From: Octopus sinensis
Taxonomy: Eukaryota
Direction: 5' to 3'
Length of the DNA: 64,000 nt
NCBI RefSeq assembly: GCF_006345805.1
Contig: NC_042999.1
Coordinates: 91,884,001 to 91,948,000, forward strand
Shown here: positions 41,621-55,453 of the stretch, in pieces
Position numbering within the stretch: position 1 is the stretch's first letter
How the letters are laid out: every line of letters begins with the position of its first letter
Notes under the pieces: generated by a model
Database searches by the model: none
Told to the model about the DNA's origin: nothing
The model's input: only the letters and a program-made list of their open reading frames with translations
Made by a program: the position numbers and the translations under genes

Positions 41621-41794
41621 ACCACGAAGAAACTGATGTTAGTAAACAGAATTTGAACTCAGGTAACGAAATAGATACAGGTAGGTATATCATCCGAAGA
41701 ATATTCGACAATCCACCGCCTGAGATTACAACAGCTCCGCAAATTTACCACCATTCCATTGTTGCAAACTAATGTGTGTGTGTTTAACTATTCA

Positions 41795-41796
41795 TG

Positions 41797-41841
<45 letters not shown>

Positions 41842-41883
41842 TAATATATATATATATATATAATATATATATATTATATATAT

Positions 41884-41930
<47 letters not shown>

Positions 41931-41947
41931 TAATATATATATTATAT

Positions 41948-41979
<32 letters not shown>

Positions 41980-41999
41980 ATATATATATAATATATATA

Positions 42000-42061
<62 letters not shown>

Positions 42062-42070
42062 ATATATATA
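41795..42070. repeat. (TA)n compound microsatellite
   Basis: Long AT run abutting the left TIR of the Tc1 element. Confidence 0.95.
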
Positions 42071-43366
42071 CAGGGGTTGAACAAAATAATGGAAACACCT
42101 TAACATTTCAAACAATTTATTTTAATATGGGGTAGGACAGCCTTTGGCAGTAATTACAGTTTGAATTCTACGAGGTATGGACTTGTTCAAAGTTTGAATT
42201 GTTTCCAAAGGAATGTTTGTCCATTCTTCAGTTAAAGCAGTCTCCAGGTCTTGTAGTGATGATGGTGGAGGATATCGACTCCTTACTTGTTTTTCTAAAA
42301 TGCACCATAAATGTTCAATAATATCGAGATCCGGGGACTGTGGTGGCCAGATAAGATGTTAAACTTGACTAGAGTGTTCCTTGTACCATTCAGTAACAAA
42401 TTTAGCTGTGTGAATTGATGCATATTTCATCCTGAAAGATTGCGTTTCCCACCGGAAACAGTTCAGCAATCATAGGATGAATTTGATGAGATAAAATGCT
42501 TAAATAGTCTTGACTATTAATTCTGCCATGAAGGGAAACCATTGGGTCGGCGGATTTCCAAGATATAGTCACCCAGATCATCACAGACCCTCCTCTATGT
42601 ATAACAGTTGGAAAAAGGCAGTCTGGGTCAAATGCTTCTTTTGAATGTCTCCACACGTATACATGGCCGGTAGTCGGAAATAAGGTAAAGAATGACTCGT
42701 TCGAGAAGATAACATTTTCCCACTGTTCTAGGGACCAATTCTGTAGGTTTTCGCTCCACTCTAAAAGCTTTGCAACGTTTGTTTTGAAAGTAGTGATTTT
42801 CTGATTGCAGCCCTCCTGTGAAATCCGGCTTTGTGCAGGTCCCAGCCAACAGATTTTGCGGAAACTGGGTTCTCAAGGTGGATATTAAACTCTGCAGTAA
42901 TTTTGGGTGCTGTACTTTTGTGATCCTTTCTAACTATTCGCGTAAGAGTTCGGCGGTCCCTATCTGAAAGCTATGGTTTTCTATAAGAGTTTTGTTTCGC
43001 CGAGGAGGTTTTTTCCTCTTTTTCAAAGGCTGTCATTACTTTCGAAACAGTACTTCTTGATACACCAAACACTTCGGCTGTTTTCGCTACGCTAGCGCCT
43101 GCCATAAGAGCACCAACAATTTGACCTGTTTGAAAGTCCGATGGATCTGACATTTTAATGAATTTTAATTACCGTTTTCTCTTGATATTTGAAAAAAAAA
43201 CCTCAGCAATTTTAGCAAAACAACACTAATAAGTCAAAAAATTTTAGCAAAACAACACTAATAAGTCAAAAAACATAAAAATATACACGCTTTTGACGGT
43301 TTTATAGATATTTCAAAATTATGATGCTATGAAGCTAGGTGCTTCCAATATTTTGGCCAACCCCTT
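42071..43366 (-). mobile_element. Full-length Tc1-family DNA transposon
   Basis: TIRs CAGGGGTTGAACAAAATAATGGAAACACCT and AGGTGCTTCCAATATTTTGGCCAACCCCTT, TA on both sides. Confidence 0.95.
42122..43153 (-). pseudogene. Tc1 transposase pseudogene
   Basis: MSDPSDFQTGQIVGALMAGAS (paired-like HTH), GGSVMIW, AIFQD, IWPPQSPDLDIIEHLW and GCPTPY*, interrupted by stops and frameshifts. Confidence 0.92.
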
Positions 43367-43441
43367 TATAGAGAGAGAAAGAGAGAGGGGTTGGGAGCCT
43401 GAGAGGCAGAGAGAGATACATATATGTGTGTATACATATGC

Positions 43442-43475
<34 letters not shown>

Positions 43476-43566
43476 ATATATAGGTGCATATACATATATA
43501 TGTACATAGGTATATATAATATGTATATATTATATATATATATATATATTATATATATATGTGTGT

Positions 43567-43614
<48 letters not shown>

Positions 43615-43747
43615 TATACTTTAGATAGATAGCTGCATGGAAACAAGATGAACTTACAAACTTACAATGAAGAATCTGACAACTCAGGAATTTCCACATC
43701 CCATTAAAATTGTTACATGCCTATATACAGACATACACACGTACAAA

Positions 43748-43783
<36 letters not shown>

Positions 43784-44236
43784 TAAGAAGATGTAGACAG
43801 ACAGTGAGACATTGATAGAGAGATACACGGCCATAATCATGTTCGCACGTCGAGCAATTGCGTATCAATGCAAAGCACATTTTACTCTAAACGCATGCAC
43901 GTGTGTACAGTGTACACTCACAGAACAAACAAACACACATACGCACACACGCACACACACACAGAAACTCGCTCACACTCACGCACACACCTACACATCA
44001 CGTTGTATCATATCAAAACAACACAGCGCTTGAATGGTGAAACTAACTAAAATTATTTTCCACGCTTGAACTTCGATAACATTAACAATTCCATCTTCTT
44101 TTATGATTATATTATATTCTTCTGTTTTTTTTTTTGCTTTTTTTTTTTTCAAAACACCCAAAACATTCTTTAGAACCAAAGAAATGGAAAGAAAATCATT
44201 ATTATAACAGTTTCTTGTACAAAAAGCTGTTCTGAT

Positions 44237-44273
<37 letters not shown>

Positions 44274-44353
44274 TATTATTATATATATCTATATATATAT
44301 ATACATATACATATTTATATACTATACATATATATACTATATATATATATATA

Positions 44354-44391
<38 letters not shown>

Positions 44392-45249
44392 ATATTATAT
44401 TATATATATATATAATATAATAAATATATATATATGCATACATATATCGTCAATTATCTTTTTATCTGGCGTTTTATCCTCGGATCGATATCGTTGATCG
44501 AACGTAAGATAATGTTTATTTCCTGTAAATTACCGAATCACTAATGTGTAAAGAGTTACAAAATTATATGAATGTCTTTTTCTCAACGGATCATTCTTAA
44601 TTCTTTCTATGATGGAGTGCACAAATTTTGCATTACGTGTAATAATAACTCTGCAAATATTTGTTCTACGTTTCTTTATCAAATGGATTTTGCAGAATAT
44701 GGAATTTGGGGAGAAATCTCACTCTGCATATACACAAAACTAATGTATTTGTAGGTACTTTAGAGGCAAATTTATTCCTGTGGTACTGCATGCATTAACG
44801 AAAACTTTACCTAGTATTACCATCAGATCAGGTTCAATTTTTTATGCTCATACTTCTTGCAGTCATTGGACTCTGGCCAGGGCTTTGTTGATCAAACCGA
44901 CACCGGTGCTTACAGTTTTGTTATTTCTTCAAGGCTGGGATTTATTCTATTGTTGTCTAATGCTGTACTATTAAATTAGACAAACATACCACCATCGATT
45001 GTCAAGCGATGAGTTGCAAATGTAAAGAGACACAACGCCCATGTGTGTGGATCTCAGCAATTGCTTTGTGAATATATAAAGAGAGAGAGAGAACCAGCAC
45101 TATAAAAGCCACTTTCGGGCAACTTTTTCCGTCTAATATGGGTAAATACCCAATCTTACTTTGCTGTTCTTACATTTTACTGCGTTGGAAATGTACTTGC
45201 TTTTCTGCAAAATATCGATGCTTCTACAGTTTATACCTACATACATACA

Positions 45250-45312
<63 letters not shown>

Positions 45313-45390
45313 TTATATATATATATACATATATATATATATACATACATATTTATATATATATACATACATATATATATATATAAATAT

Positions 45391-45690
45391 ATCACCGTGA
45401 CCGACCAGACTAACAGATATTGCTACACATCGCTGGTCATGATGCGCTTCGCATTGTTTTAGCCTTCAAATGACGCCACTCCGCTGTCTAAGCGAGCAGG
45501 CCAACAGAAGAAAGAGTGAGAGAAAGTTGTGGCAGAGTACAGTAGGGATCACCACCACCCCCTGCCGGAGCATCGTGGAGCTTTAGGTATTTTCGCTCAA
45601 TAAACACTCACAATGCCCGGTCTGGGAATCAAAACCGCGATCCTACGACCCCGAGTCCGCTGCCCTCACCACTGGGCTATTGCGCCTCCA
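45391..45690 (-). mobile_element. tRNA-derived SINE-E, full length
   Basis: Head GGAGGCGCAATAGCCCAGTGGTGAGGGCAGCGGACTC..TTTTGATTCCCAGACC. A degenerate relative lies at 16510-16720. Confidence 0.85.
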
Positions 45691-45706
45691 CACACACACA
45701 CACACA

Positions 45707-45770
<64 letters not shown>

Positions 45771-45889
45771 ACATCAGTTCCTCTTGACTCAGGGTGCAAT
45801 GGAAAACACATTCTAAAGTTTCAGGTGAACAGACTGAACTCTAAACAAAGCCTATTTCGTAAACACAAAATATCAATGGTACTAATAAC

Positions 45890-46350
45890 CCTTTCTAATA
45901 TTGGCACAAGGCCGGACATTTGGTGGGGGTTGGTGTACTCGATTATATTGATCTCAGTTTCTTGAATGGTTATTAATTTATCGACCTCGGCGGGATTTGA
46001 AATGAGAACGTAAAGTCCGAATAAATGCTGCTAAGCAGTTTTTTTTCCCGGCTGTACTATCAAATCTGCCAGCCCACCGCCTCAATAACGATGATAATCC
46101 GTTCTTCTAATGATAATTCTTTCTTCTAAAGACCATTATATCGATCCTCCGTATGTATCTGGTACGATTGTGCCAGCTCGCCGCCCTTTTCAAAGTTTGG
46201 CACAAGGTCAGCAACTTAGATTGCGGGGCTAAGTCGATTGCATCGACCGCGATAGAATGAAAGACAAAGTCGACCTCGGTGGAATGTAAAGACGCATGAA
46301 ATGCCGCCAAGCATTCTTACCGGCGTGCTAACGTAACTACCAGCTCGCTT
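45890..46350 (-). mobile_element. Two adjacent SINE-A copies
   Basis: Reverse-complement heads near 46070 and 46340, each with body and tail I. Confidence 0.8.
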
Positions 46351-46489
46351 TATATATATATATATATATACACACACAGATGTGTCCGGAGACGATGTTG
46401 AATATATAATTTATTTACTTCAGTAGCATTATTTTATTCTTGAGCTCATTTTAGCTTTTCTCTTTGAAAACAAGAGAGAGAGAGAAAGG

Positions 46490-46523
<34 letters not shown>

Positions 46524-47506
46524 TAGACGGACAGGCAAAAAGACAAGCTGACAAACAGAAATATTGTCCTTTTAGAAAGTTGTCATTTTTGAAAGATAAA
46601 AGCATATTCATTGGCGTAAAAAATAATAAAGGAGAATAGCTATATATTCAATTGTTCGCGTACACCTAGTTGAATATCCTGGGTTGATACAGGGAACTGA
46701 TAATATAAAAGGTGGGTGGGTAGGTAGCTATCATTCCGAGCAGCCCTCAGCCATGACAGTTAACAGGAACTTTGATATCAACAGGATTGAAAAGGATGCA
46801 ATAGTAGGAAGGTGAATGGAGGTAGTTGTGAAGAGAGAGATGGAAGAAAGTAGTAACAGACAGAGTGTGGAAGGTGAGAGAAGGAATTACAACAGTGTTT
46901 CGTGGTCTGCTTACCACAACAGCTCCAGTTAGCTCAAGACATTATCAGGAGGGACCACGTCCGGTTTCGGCCCCTACTCCCCTACCGTTTTGACGCGGCG
47001 CCCCTTTCTTCTTCTTTCTTATGAAACCCAACTAACACTGAGTTCGGTTACCAGTTAGGTTATATTGATGATAAAGAGGCATTCGGACCATTGCATGTGT
47101 GTACATAAATATTTACCTGCGTGTGTCTTTATTTATGTATAATTATATTATTACTCTAGATCTAAAATTTTGTTGCTTTGATGTTTTTTTTTCACTATCT
47201 TTAGTTAACTATGCTATCAGCAACTGATTATAGTTCTTTCCTTTTGCCAAATTTTAAACAACAAACACAATAGAAAAAAACAAAGAAGCAGGTAATTTTT
47301 AGTTTGTAATTGAAAAATTAAAAACACTGAATGAAATTCCAATTCAATCTGTCATAGAATAACTAGATTCACAAGATGAACTCATTACAGAGTAATTAAA
47401 GTGAATGAAGTAACTGACACGTTACTTCAAACACAAAACGGCCGCAAGTCTTAAAATTTTCGTTAAAACATCGTAATTACTAATATTTCAGGAGAAATTA
47501 GTTAAT

Positions 47507-47728
47507 TCTCTTTTACTCTCTTTTACTTGTTTCAGTCATTTGACTGCGGCCATGCTGGAGCAGCGCATTTAGTTGAGCAAATCGACCCCAGGAGTTATTC
47601 TTTGTAAGCCGTAGTACTTATTCTATCGGTCACTTTTTGCTGAACCGTTAAGTTACGGGGACATAAACACACCACCATCAGTTGTCAAGCGATGTAGGAG
47701 GGACAAACACAGACACGAACATATACAC

Positions 47729-47760
<32 letters not shown>

Positions 47761-47791
47761 ATATATACATATATATACATATATATACATG

Positions 47792-47832
<41 letters not shown>

Positions 47833-48006
47833 ATTATACGACAGGCTTCTTTCAGTTTCTGTCTACCAAATCCATTCACACACAAGGCTTTGGTCGGCCA
47901 GAGGCTATAGTAGAAGACACTTGCCCAAGGTGCCACGCAGTAGGAATGAACCCGGAACTATGTAGTTGGTAAGCAAGCTACTTACCACACAGCCACTCCT
48001 GCGCCT
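47507..48006 (-). mobile_element. Full-length SINE-B (head, core, internal microsatellite, tail)
   Basis: Head GGCGCAGGAGTGGCTGTGTGGTAAG, core CACCTTGGGCAAGTGTCTTCTACTATAG, tail CAGTCAAATGACTGAAACAAGTAAAAGAGAGTAAAAGAG. Confidence 0.92.
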
Positions 48007-48013
48007 ATGTCTG

Positions 48014-48055
<42 letters not shown>

Positions 48056-48221
48056 TATATTTATAAACTTCACGTCGCTTTGGGCTGCTCTATAATGGAA
48101 CATTTTACAAAGGTTGGAAAACATGCGTGAAGATTAAATTTAGATATATGATTTGAAAAAGCAAAATATATCAATAAATATATAAAATAAAAGTAAGAAA
48201 TATATAATCGTTAATTATATA

Positions 48222-49078
48222 TGTGAAGACAAATTCGAACTGATCCACTTTGGAAGGGAGGACGCTCTGAAACTCCCATACTCTCTTCCTTCTGGAGAAA
48301 TTCTCATGGCATCCAACAACATCAGAGACCCTGGAGTAACAGTGGACAACAACATAAGCTGGGCTACACATATAAGCAGCAAAGTTGACATGGCCCGCAG
48401 AATGTGTTCCTGGATTCTCAGAACCTTCCAGTCGAGAGATTCCCACGCTATTATCCTTCTCTTCTCCACTTTTGCCCGACCCCACCTTGAATACTGCTGT
48501 CCACTGTGGTCTCCCTACACAAAACAAAATATTATGAGAATTGAAGCTCCCCAAAGGTCAATCACAAAAAAGATAATGGCATGTCAGACCTTGACTACTG
48601 GGGTACTAGAGAAGCTGAAATTGTATTCACTCCACGACGTGCCGTGAACGCTACATTATCTGTATGATGTGGAAAATATTCCATCAGCACTGTCCGAATG
48701 ATGTTGGCATCCTTCAAAATGCATCCAAGGCTTGGACCACGTGCCATCCGTCCACAACAAAAATCTAAATCGCATCACATAACGACAATACGGCACAACT
48801 ATTTCACCTCATTTGGACCTGCTCTCTTCAACATTACACCAGGACACGTCAAAAAAGAACTGACAACACAAAATTCAAGAAGTCTTTGGACAAATTCCTT
48901 CAAACAGTACCGGACAAACCACCCACACCCGGATATGTCTCCGCAAACAATAACTCTCTTGCTCGAATGGGCCTTGGTGCCAAATCCTGAACTAAAAGAC
49001 TTCGCCAGGTGGTGCTATTAAGTTAGACATGGCCTGGGCCAATACTGGCCAAAAACCTTTCTAAGTTATTCTAAGTTA
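48222..49078 (+). mobile_element. 5'-truncated CR1-group (L2/Crack/Daphne-like) LINE, copy 1
   Basis: EDKFELIHFG..RDPGVTVDNNISW..RPHLEYCCPLWSP, frameshifted downstream; 3' end (TTCTAAGTTA)x2. Confidence 0.9.
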
Positions 49079-49519
49079 TATATAGTTAACTAAAGACAGT
49101 GAAAAAAATAAATCAAAATATTCTCATAAATTTTTATAGTTTTACTAGATTCGTCTCTGTCTCTTTGTCCGTCTCTCTTTCTCCTCTACCTGTGTCTCTC
49201 TTCCTTTCTCTCTCTCTCTCTCTCCCTCTCTCTCTCCCTCCCTCTCCCTCTCTCGCTCGCTCTTTCGTACGCACACATACAGATAGATGCTCTGGTTGTA
49301 ATTTACTTTGGTCATAAGGCCTGTATAGGTTCCACAAAACAACTGATTATTGATCACCACTTAAGAAGTCATCAGTTCCTTTACTTTCATAGTCCAAGTG
49401 TGTAGTTGTCTGTAAACTGAGCGAATCAAAAATAATTTACTTTTCACAACAAGATTCACCTCTAAAGAACACATCCATCGACTTGGTAATGATAGCGCCT
49501 CTATGTAGTTAAAGAATCT

Positions 49520-49670
49520 GCTAGAATTAACTGCCAAATTTACTTCAAATCACACTCTTTCAAAAGAAGGTGAAGACACATTATCTGAATAAAAAGTTGG
49601 ATGGTCAACGCGAAAATGCTTTTGATCACAGGTCAGCTTAATCAGACCAGAACATATGATAACAATAACA
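49520..49670. repeat. Dispersed repeat family F (unclassified)
   Basis: CTGCTAGAATTAACTGCCAAATTTACTTCAAATCACAC..GGATGGTCA..TTTGATCA. Related segments at 21255-21385, 29270-29440, 31590-31850, 51660-51800 and 52600-53050. Confidence 0.55.
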
Positions 49671-50360
49671 AATATTCCTCGGTAGGAAGACGTTTTAACA
49701 AGGAAGGCCCTTGTGAGTGCTAAATTGACTGGAGTCAGCGTTAAGATTTTTAACATAGTTCACTAGTTACAAGGGTGAACTATCTCTGTTTGTGTCCTGT
49801 TTTAAAATCTCAATGTACCAGGCCATTGTGTACGTGTTTTGGTTAGAACGGCGTTTAAGGCTGAAGATGAGATAGAATTGGCTGAGCATTTGACCAGTAA
49901 GGTAGCACACCACTGATTCTGTCACCTACAGCAAAGCAACTTTTTCTGAGCAGATCTCAATCAAAAGTCACTGAAACATGCGTTACTACACCAATGAGTT
50001 GAATAATATGGCCTAAATATAGGCATAGGCGTGGCTGTGTAGTAAGAAGTTTGCTTCTAGACAATATGGATCTGGGCACAGTCCCACTGCATGTTACCTT
50101 GGAGAATGTCTTCTACTATAAGCTCGGGCCGACAAAACCTTATGAGTAGATTTGTTACACACAACTCTGAAAGAAGCCCTTCTTATATATATATATATAT
50201 TTATAAACTTCACGTCGCTTTGGGCTGCTCTATAATGGAACATTTTACAAAGGTTGGAAAACATGCGTGAAGATTAAATTTAGATATATGATTTGAAAAA
50301 GCAAAATATATCAATAAATATATAAAATAAAAGTAAGAAAATATAATCGTTAATTATATA

Positions 50361-51222
50361 TGTGAAGACAAATTCGAACTGATCCACTTGGAAGGGAGGA
50401 CGCTCTGAAACTCCCATACTCTCTTCCTTCTGGAGAAATTCTCATGGCATCCAACAACATCAGAGACCCTGAGTAGTAACAGTGGACAACAACATAAGCT
50501 GGGCTACACATATAAGCAGCAAAGTTGACATGGCCCGCAGAATGTGTTCCTGGATTCTCAGAACCTTCCAGTCGAGAGATTCCCACGCTATTATCCTTCT
50601 CTTCTCCACTTTTGCCCGACCCCACCTTGAATACTGCTGTCCACTGTGGTCTCCCTACACAAAACAAAATATTATGAGAATTGAAGCTCCCCAAAGGTCA
50701 ATCACAAAAAAGATAGATGGCATGTCAGACCTTGACTACTGGGGTAGACTAGAGAAGCTGAAATTGTATTCACTCCAACGACGCCGTGAACGCTACATTA
50801 TCTGTATGATGTGGAAAATATTCCATCAGCACTGTCCGAATGATGTTGGCATCACCTTCAAAATGCATCCAAGGCTTGGACCACGTGCCATCCGTCCACA
50901 ACAAAAATCTAAATCGCATCACATAACGACAATACGGCACAACTATTTCACCTCATTTGGACCTGCTCTCTTCAACATTACACCAGGACACGTCAAAAAA
51001 GAAACTGACAACACAAAATTCAAGAAGTCTTTGGACAAATTCCTTCAAACAGTACCGGACAAACCACCCACACCCGGATATGTCTCCGCAAACAATAACT
51101 CTCTGCTCGAATGGGCCTTGGTGCCCAAATCCTGAACTAAAAGACTTCGCCAGGTGGTGCTATTAAGTTAGACATGGCCTGGGCCAATACTGGCCAAAAA
51201 CCTTTCTAAGTTATTCTAAGTT
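50361..51222 (+). mobile_element. 5'-truncated CR1-group LINE, copy 2 (217-aa open RT C-terminal region at 50482-51135)
   Basis: RPHLEYCCPLWSPY, YWGRLEKLKLYSLQRRRERY, FGPALFNI and DKFLQTVPDKP..ANNNSL are typical of the ORF2 C-terminus. Confidence 0.92.
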
Positions 51223-52171
51223 ATATATAGTTAACTAAAGACAGTGAAAAAAATAAATCAAAATATTCTCATAAATTTTTATAGTTTTACTAGATTCGTC
51301 TCTGTCTCTTTGTCCGTCTCTCTTTCTCCTCTACCTGTGTCTCTCTTCCTTTCTCTCTCTCCTCCCTCCCTCTCTCTCTCCTCCCTCTCCCTCTCTCGCT
51401 CGCTCTTTCGTACGCCACACATACAGATAGATGCTCTGGTTGTAATTTACTTTGGTCATAAGGCCTGTATAGGTTCCACAAAACAACTGATTATTGATCA
51501 CCACTTAAGAAGTCATCAGTTCCTTTACTTTCATAGTCCAAGTGTGTAGTTGTCTGTAAACTGAGCGAATCAAAAATAATTTACTTTTCACAACAAGATT
51601 CACCTCTAAAGTGAACACATCCATCGACTTGGTAATGATAGCGCCTCTATGTAGTTAAAGAATCTGCTAGAATTAACTGCCAAATTTACTTCAAATCACA
51701 CTCTTTCAAAAGAAGGTGAAGACACATTATCTGAATAAAAAGGTTGGATGGTCAACGCGAAAATGCTTTTGATCACAGGTCAGCTTAATCAGACCAGAAC
51801 AGTATGATAACAATAACAAATATTCCTCGGTAGGAAGACGGTTTAACAAGGAAGGCCCTTGTGAGTGCTAAATTGACTGGAGTCAGCGTTAAGATTTTTA
51901 ACATAGTTCACTAGTTACAAGGGTGAACTATCTCTGTTTGTGTCCTGTTTTAAAATCTCAATGTACCAGGCCATTGTGTACGTGTTTTGGTTAGAACGGC
52001 GTTTAAGGCTGAAGATGAGATAGAATTGGCTGAGCATTTGACCAGTAAGGTAGCACACCACTGATTCTGTCACCTACAGCAAAGCAACTTTTTCTGAAGC
52101 AGATCTCAATCAAAAGTCACTGAAACATGCGTTACTACACCAATGAGTTTGAATAATATGGCCTTAAATAT

Positions 52172-52335
52172 AGGCATAGGCGTGGCTGTGTAGTAAGAAG
52201 TTTGCTTCTAGACAATATGGATCTGGGCACAGTCCCACTGCATGTTACCTTGGAGAAATGTCTTCTACTATAAGCTCGGGCCGACAAAAGCCTTATGAGT
52301 AGATTTGTTACACAGACTCTGAAAGAAGCCCTTCT

Positions 52336-52366
<31 letters not shown>

Positions 52367-52600
52367 ATATATATATATACATACATATTTGTGTATATAT
52401 GTATACATGTTCGTGTGTGCGTGTGCTTGTGTATCTTTGTGTCTGTGCTTGTCCCCCATCAACGCTTGGCAACTGATGTTTACGTCTCCGTAACTTAGTG
52501 ATTCGGCAAAAGTGACCGATAGCATATATATCAGGCTTTAAAAAATTACTGGCGTCGATTCATGGCCGCAGTCTAATGGCTAAAACAAGGGAAGGATAAA
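52172..52600 (+). mobile_element. SINE-B whose head is duplicated at 50022-50185
   Basis: Head and core, internal TA run, then tail TGCTTGTCCCCCATCAACGCTTGGCAACTG..CATGGCCGCAGTC. The tail is present only after the second duplicate. Confidence 0.85.
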
Positions 52601-53810
52601 AGATTTAAAAAATCAAGAAGTGGGATGGTCTTCGATGAAAAATCTTTGATCGCAGATCTGCTCAGTTACAACTGACCTGGGAATAAATAACATCAAAACC
52701 TTTAATACTGAATTAGATTATATCAATATATCTCGGTTAACCATTACTGAACGATTTACTTAGAAGCCTCTCTGTCAGTCTTCTATTAAATTATTCTGTA
52801 TTTGAGAAATATTTTTACATTTCTCACGTTTTCTGCTTGACATTCAACTTGATGTAAACTTCCGATAGCCCTGGGCAGCTGTAATTCAGTTGGTTGATCG
52901 ATCGGTTATAAGGATCAACAAATCAATCTCAAATCAAACCCTACAATTCTAAATAAAAAGGAATATATAGGACAATGTAGTCCTTGATATCTTAAAATAA
53001 GTCGGTTACTGCTCGAACGCCTTTCGTCAAATATGAAAACTGTCCTGCATTTAAACCACAACTACAACTACATCAACATGAATATCCCAACATCTTTAAT
53101 TGTCAGATGATATAAATCTAATTCAGTGTCTTCCAAATGAGTGACAGTGTTTTAATTACAGTTCTTCAAGATGTAGACTGTTGAGGTAGGACTGGGAGTC
53201 TTATAGCTTTCCCTTATAAAGTCTATTTACTTTACTAATGTTGATAACGCCGTTGAGAAAACAGAAATACACCGTACGGTTTATTTTTCTATCATGTTTG
53301 TAGAATGAATGAAGTCAAGATTTAAAACGAATTTAGTGAGAAAAATCGTCCTTACTGTATTGCATTAAGTATCAGATGTGTATGGAACTGAATATTTTAC
53401 TGATAACTGTTAATCCCTTTAGGATTCAAAACTTAAGTATTGGTAAAACAACCGAAATCACTTCATCCAAAACTACGCCGTCTCTTGAAAAAAACTTCAC
53501 CTCTCAACAGGTTAAAAGCAATCGATATTTTCAAGTAATTTTGATGATAGATGTGATAAGTGCTGTACTGACAAATTTTTTTGTTGTTTCTTATTGCCTT
53601 CACTCATTATTTAACTCAATTGTGAAATTTCAAATCATCTTTATTACTCCTTCAGTTTCTTATTGCAAAGAAAGTGGGGACAGCAGTTTAACAACGACTT
53701 GTAGAATTCTGGACTAAACTTCTTGGATATTTAGTCTGATAAATAATTAGTATGAAATAATTATTAGACTGCACTTCGTTAGGCAATAGTTGGTGATTTA
53801 AAAACATGAT

Positions 53811-53876
53811 GGCGGTGCCCCAGCATGGCCACAGCTCATTAGCTGAAACTGGAAAATCAAAATCAAAATCAAAATC
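53811..53876 (+). mobile_element. SINE-B-type 3' tail variant with (AAAATC)n terminal repeat
   Basis: GGCGGTGCCCCAGCATGGCCACAGCTCATTAGCTGAAACTGG followed by AAAATC x4. Confidence 0.75.
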
Positions 53877-54344
53877 ATCAAATGACTTAACTTCGACCCC
53901 GAACATAACTAGGTTTTCTATACAAATGTATGGCCTTGATTCACAATCGAAGCATTATATAATAAGATATTGTTGTTGTCGTTTGACCCTCAGGTCCCTC
54001 AAACTAGTACAGAAGACAGACCTATGACGAAATGCAAATTTTTCCAAGTCTAGTCTATAAAGGACTTATTTTTTGATGTGTCCCTTTTTATGACATTGCA
54101 AATATTAAATATATGTGTGTGTGCGTGTGTGTGTGTGTGTGTGCGAGCATGTGTGTATGTGTGTGTCTATGTGTGTGTATGTGTATGTGTATGTGTGTGT
54201 GTGTGTGTTATCTTTAACACTTCTTTGGTTTATACCCACCAAATAAACACCATTACGTACACACACAAACATGCATACACACACATAGCCAACAGCCCAC
54301 ACATATACACACACAGACACACACACACACACACACATGCATAT

Positions 54345-54495
54345 TCCCAGACGCGGCTGTGTGGCAAAATGCTTGCAACCCAGCCAGGGTTCAGTCCTAC
54401 TGCGTGGTACTTGGGCAAGCATCTTTTATTATAGCCCCAGCCGACCAAAATTTTGTGGGTGGATTTGGTAGAAAGAAACTGAAAGAAGCCTGAAA
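54345..54495 (+). mobile_element. SINE-B head and core fragment
   Basis: GCGGCTGTGTGGCAAAATGC..GGGTTCAGTCC..TTGGGCAAGC..GGATTTGGTAGAAAGAAACTGAAAGAAGCC. Similar fragments at 15750-15890 and 28600-28742; a tail-only fragment lies at 58490-58660. Confidence 0.8.
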
Positions 54496-54694
54496 GAAGA
54501 TTTACATGCATACATTTATATACATATACATACATAATTGGATAAATCTATATGTATATGTGTGTGTATGTGTGTGTGTATTTGAACATATATGTATATA
54601 AACAAATACAAATATGTATGTATAAACAAATCCATATATATATATATGTGTGTATGTATGTATGCATGTATGTATAAATGTATGTATATATTTA

Positions 54695-54771
<77 letters not shown>

Positions 54772-55212
54772 CACACACGCACAATAATGTATAAATATAG
54801 ATTTTGTATATATATCATTGTATATCATTACTGCTTATATTTCGATATCAACGTTTTAAGGCTTCTGTAAAAACACCTGTGTATGGTGCGAACTTAAATA
54901 TACGCATATAGTTTATATGTATGAAACTATACATATTATTCACACACAGGCACATACATATACACACCAATACCGATATCTGCCCCCACATACACACACA
55001 CACACACACCAAGATAGGTTTGTTTATATATACCACCGAGTGGATCCTTTTCAAATTTAAGGTAATTCAGCGTAAATGTTCTCTGGCACACATACCCTGT
55101 GAAGTTTATCTAATACATTGCCCCCACAATCAAACTCAAGGACATTGTATCATTAACCGCCTTCAAACGTTGAGACGTATGTATATACATACATACATAC
55201 TTATCCGTGCAT

Positions 55213-55301
<89 letters not shown>

Positions 55302-55383
55302 TAATTATAGCAATATATATTCATATATATATATATGCATAAATATGTATATATCTATATCTATATATATACATATATGCATA

Positions 55384-55453
<70 letters not shown>

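Larger units (their letters stand above)
48061..52352. repeat. Direct tandem duplication, unit about 2.14 kb (48061-50200 and 50201-52352)
   Basis: Both units start TTATAAACTTCACGTCGCTTTGG and end GAAAGAAGCCCTTCTTATATATA. They are near-identical, with mostly 1-3 bp indel differences. Confidence 0.95.
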
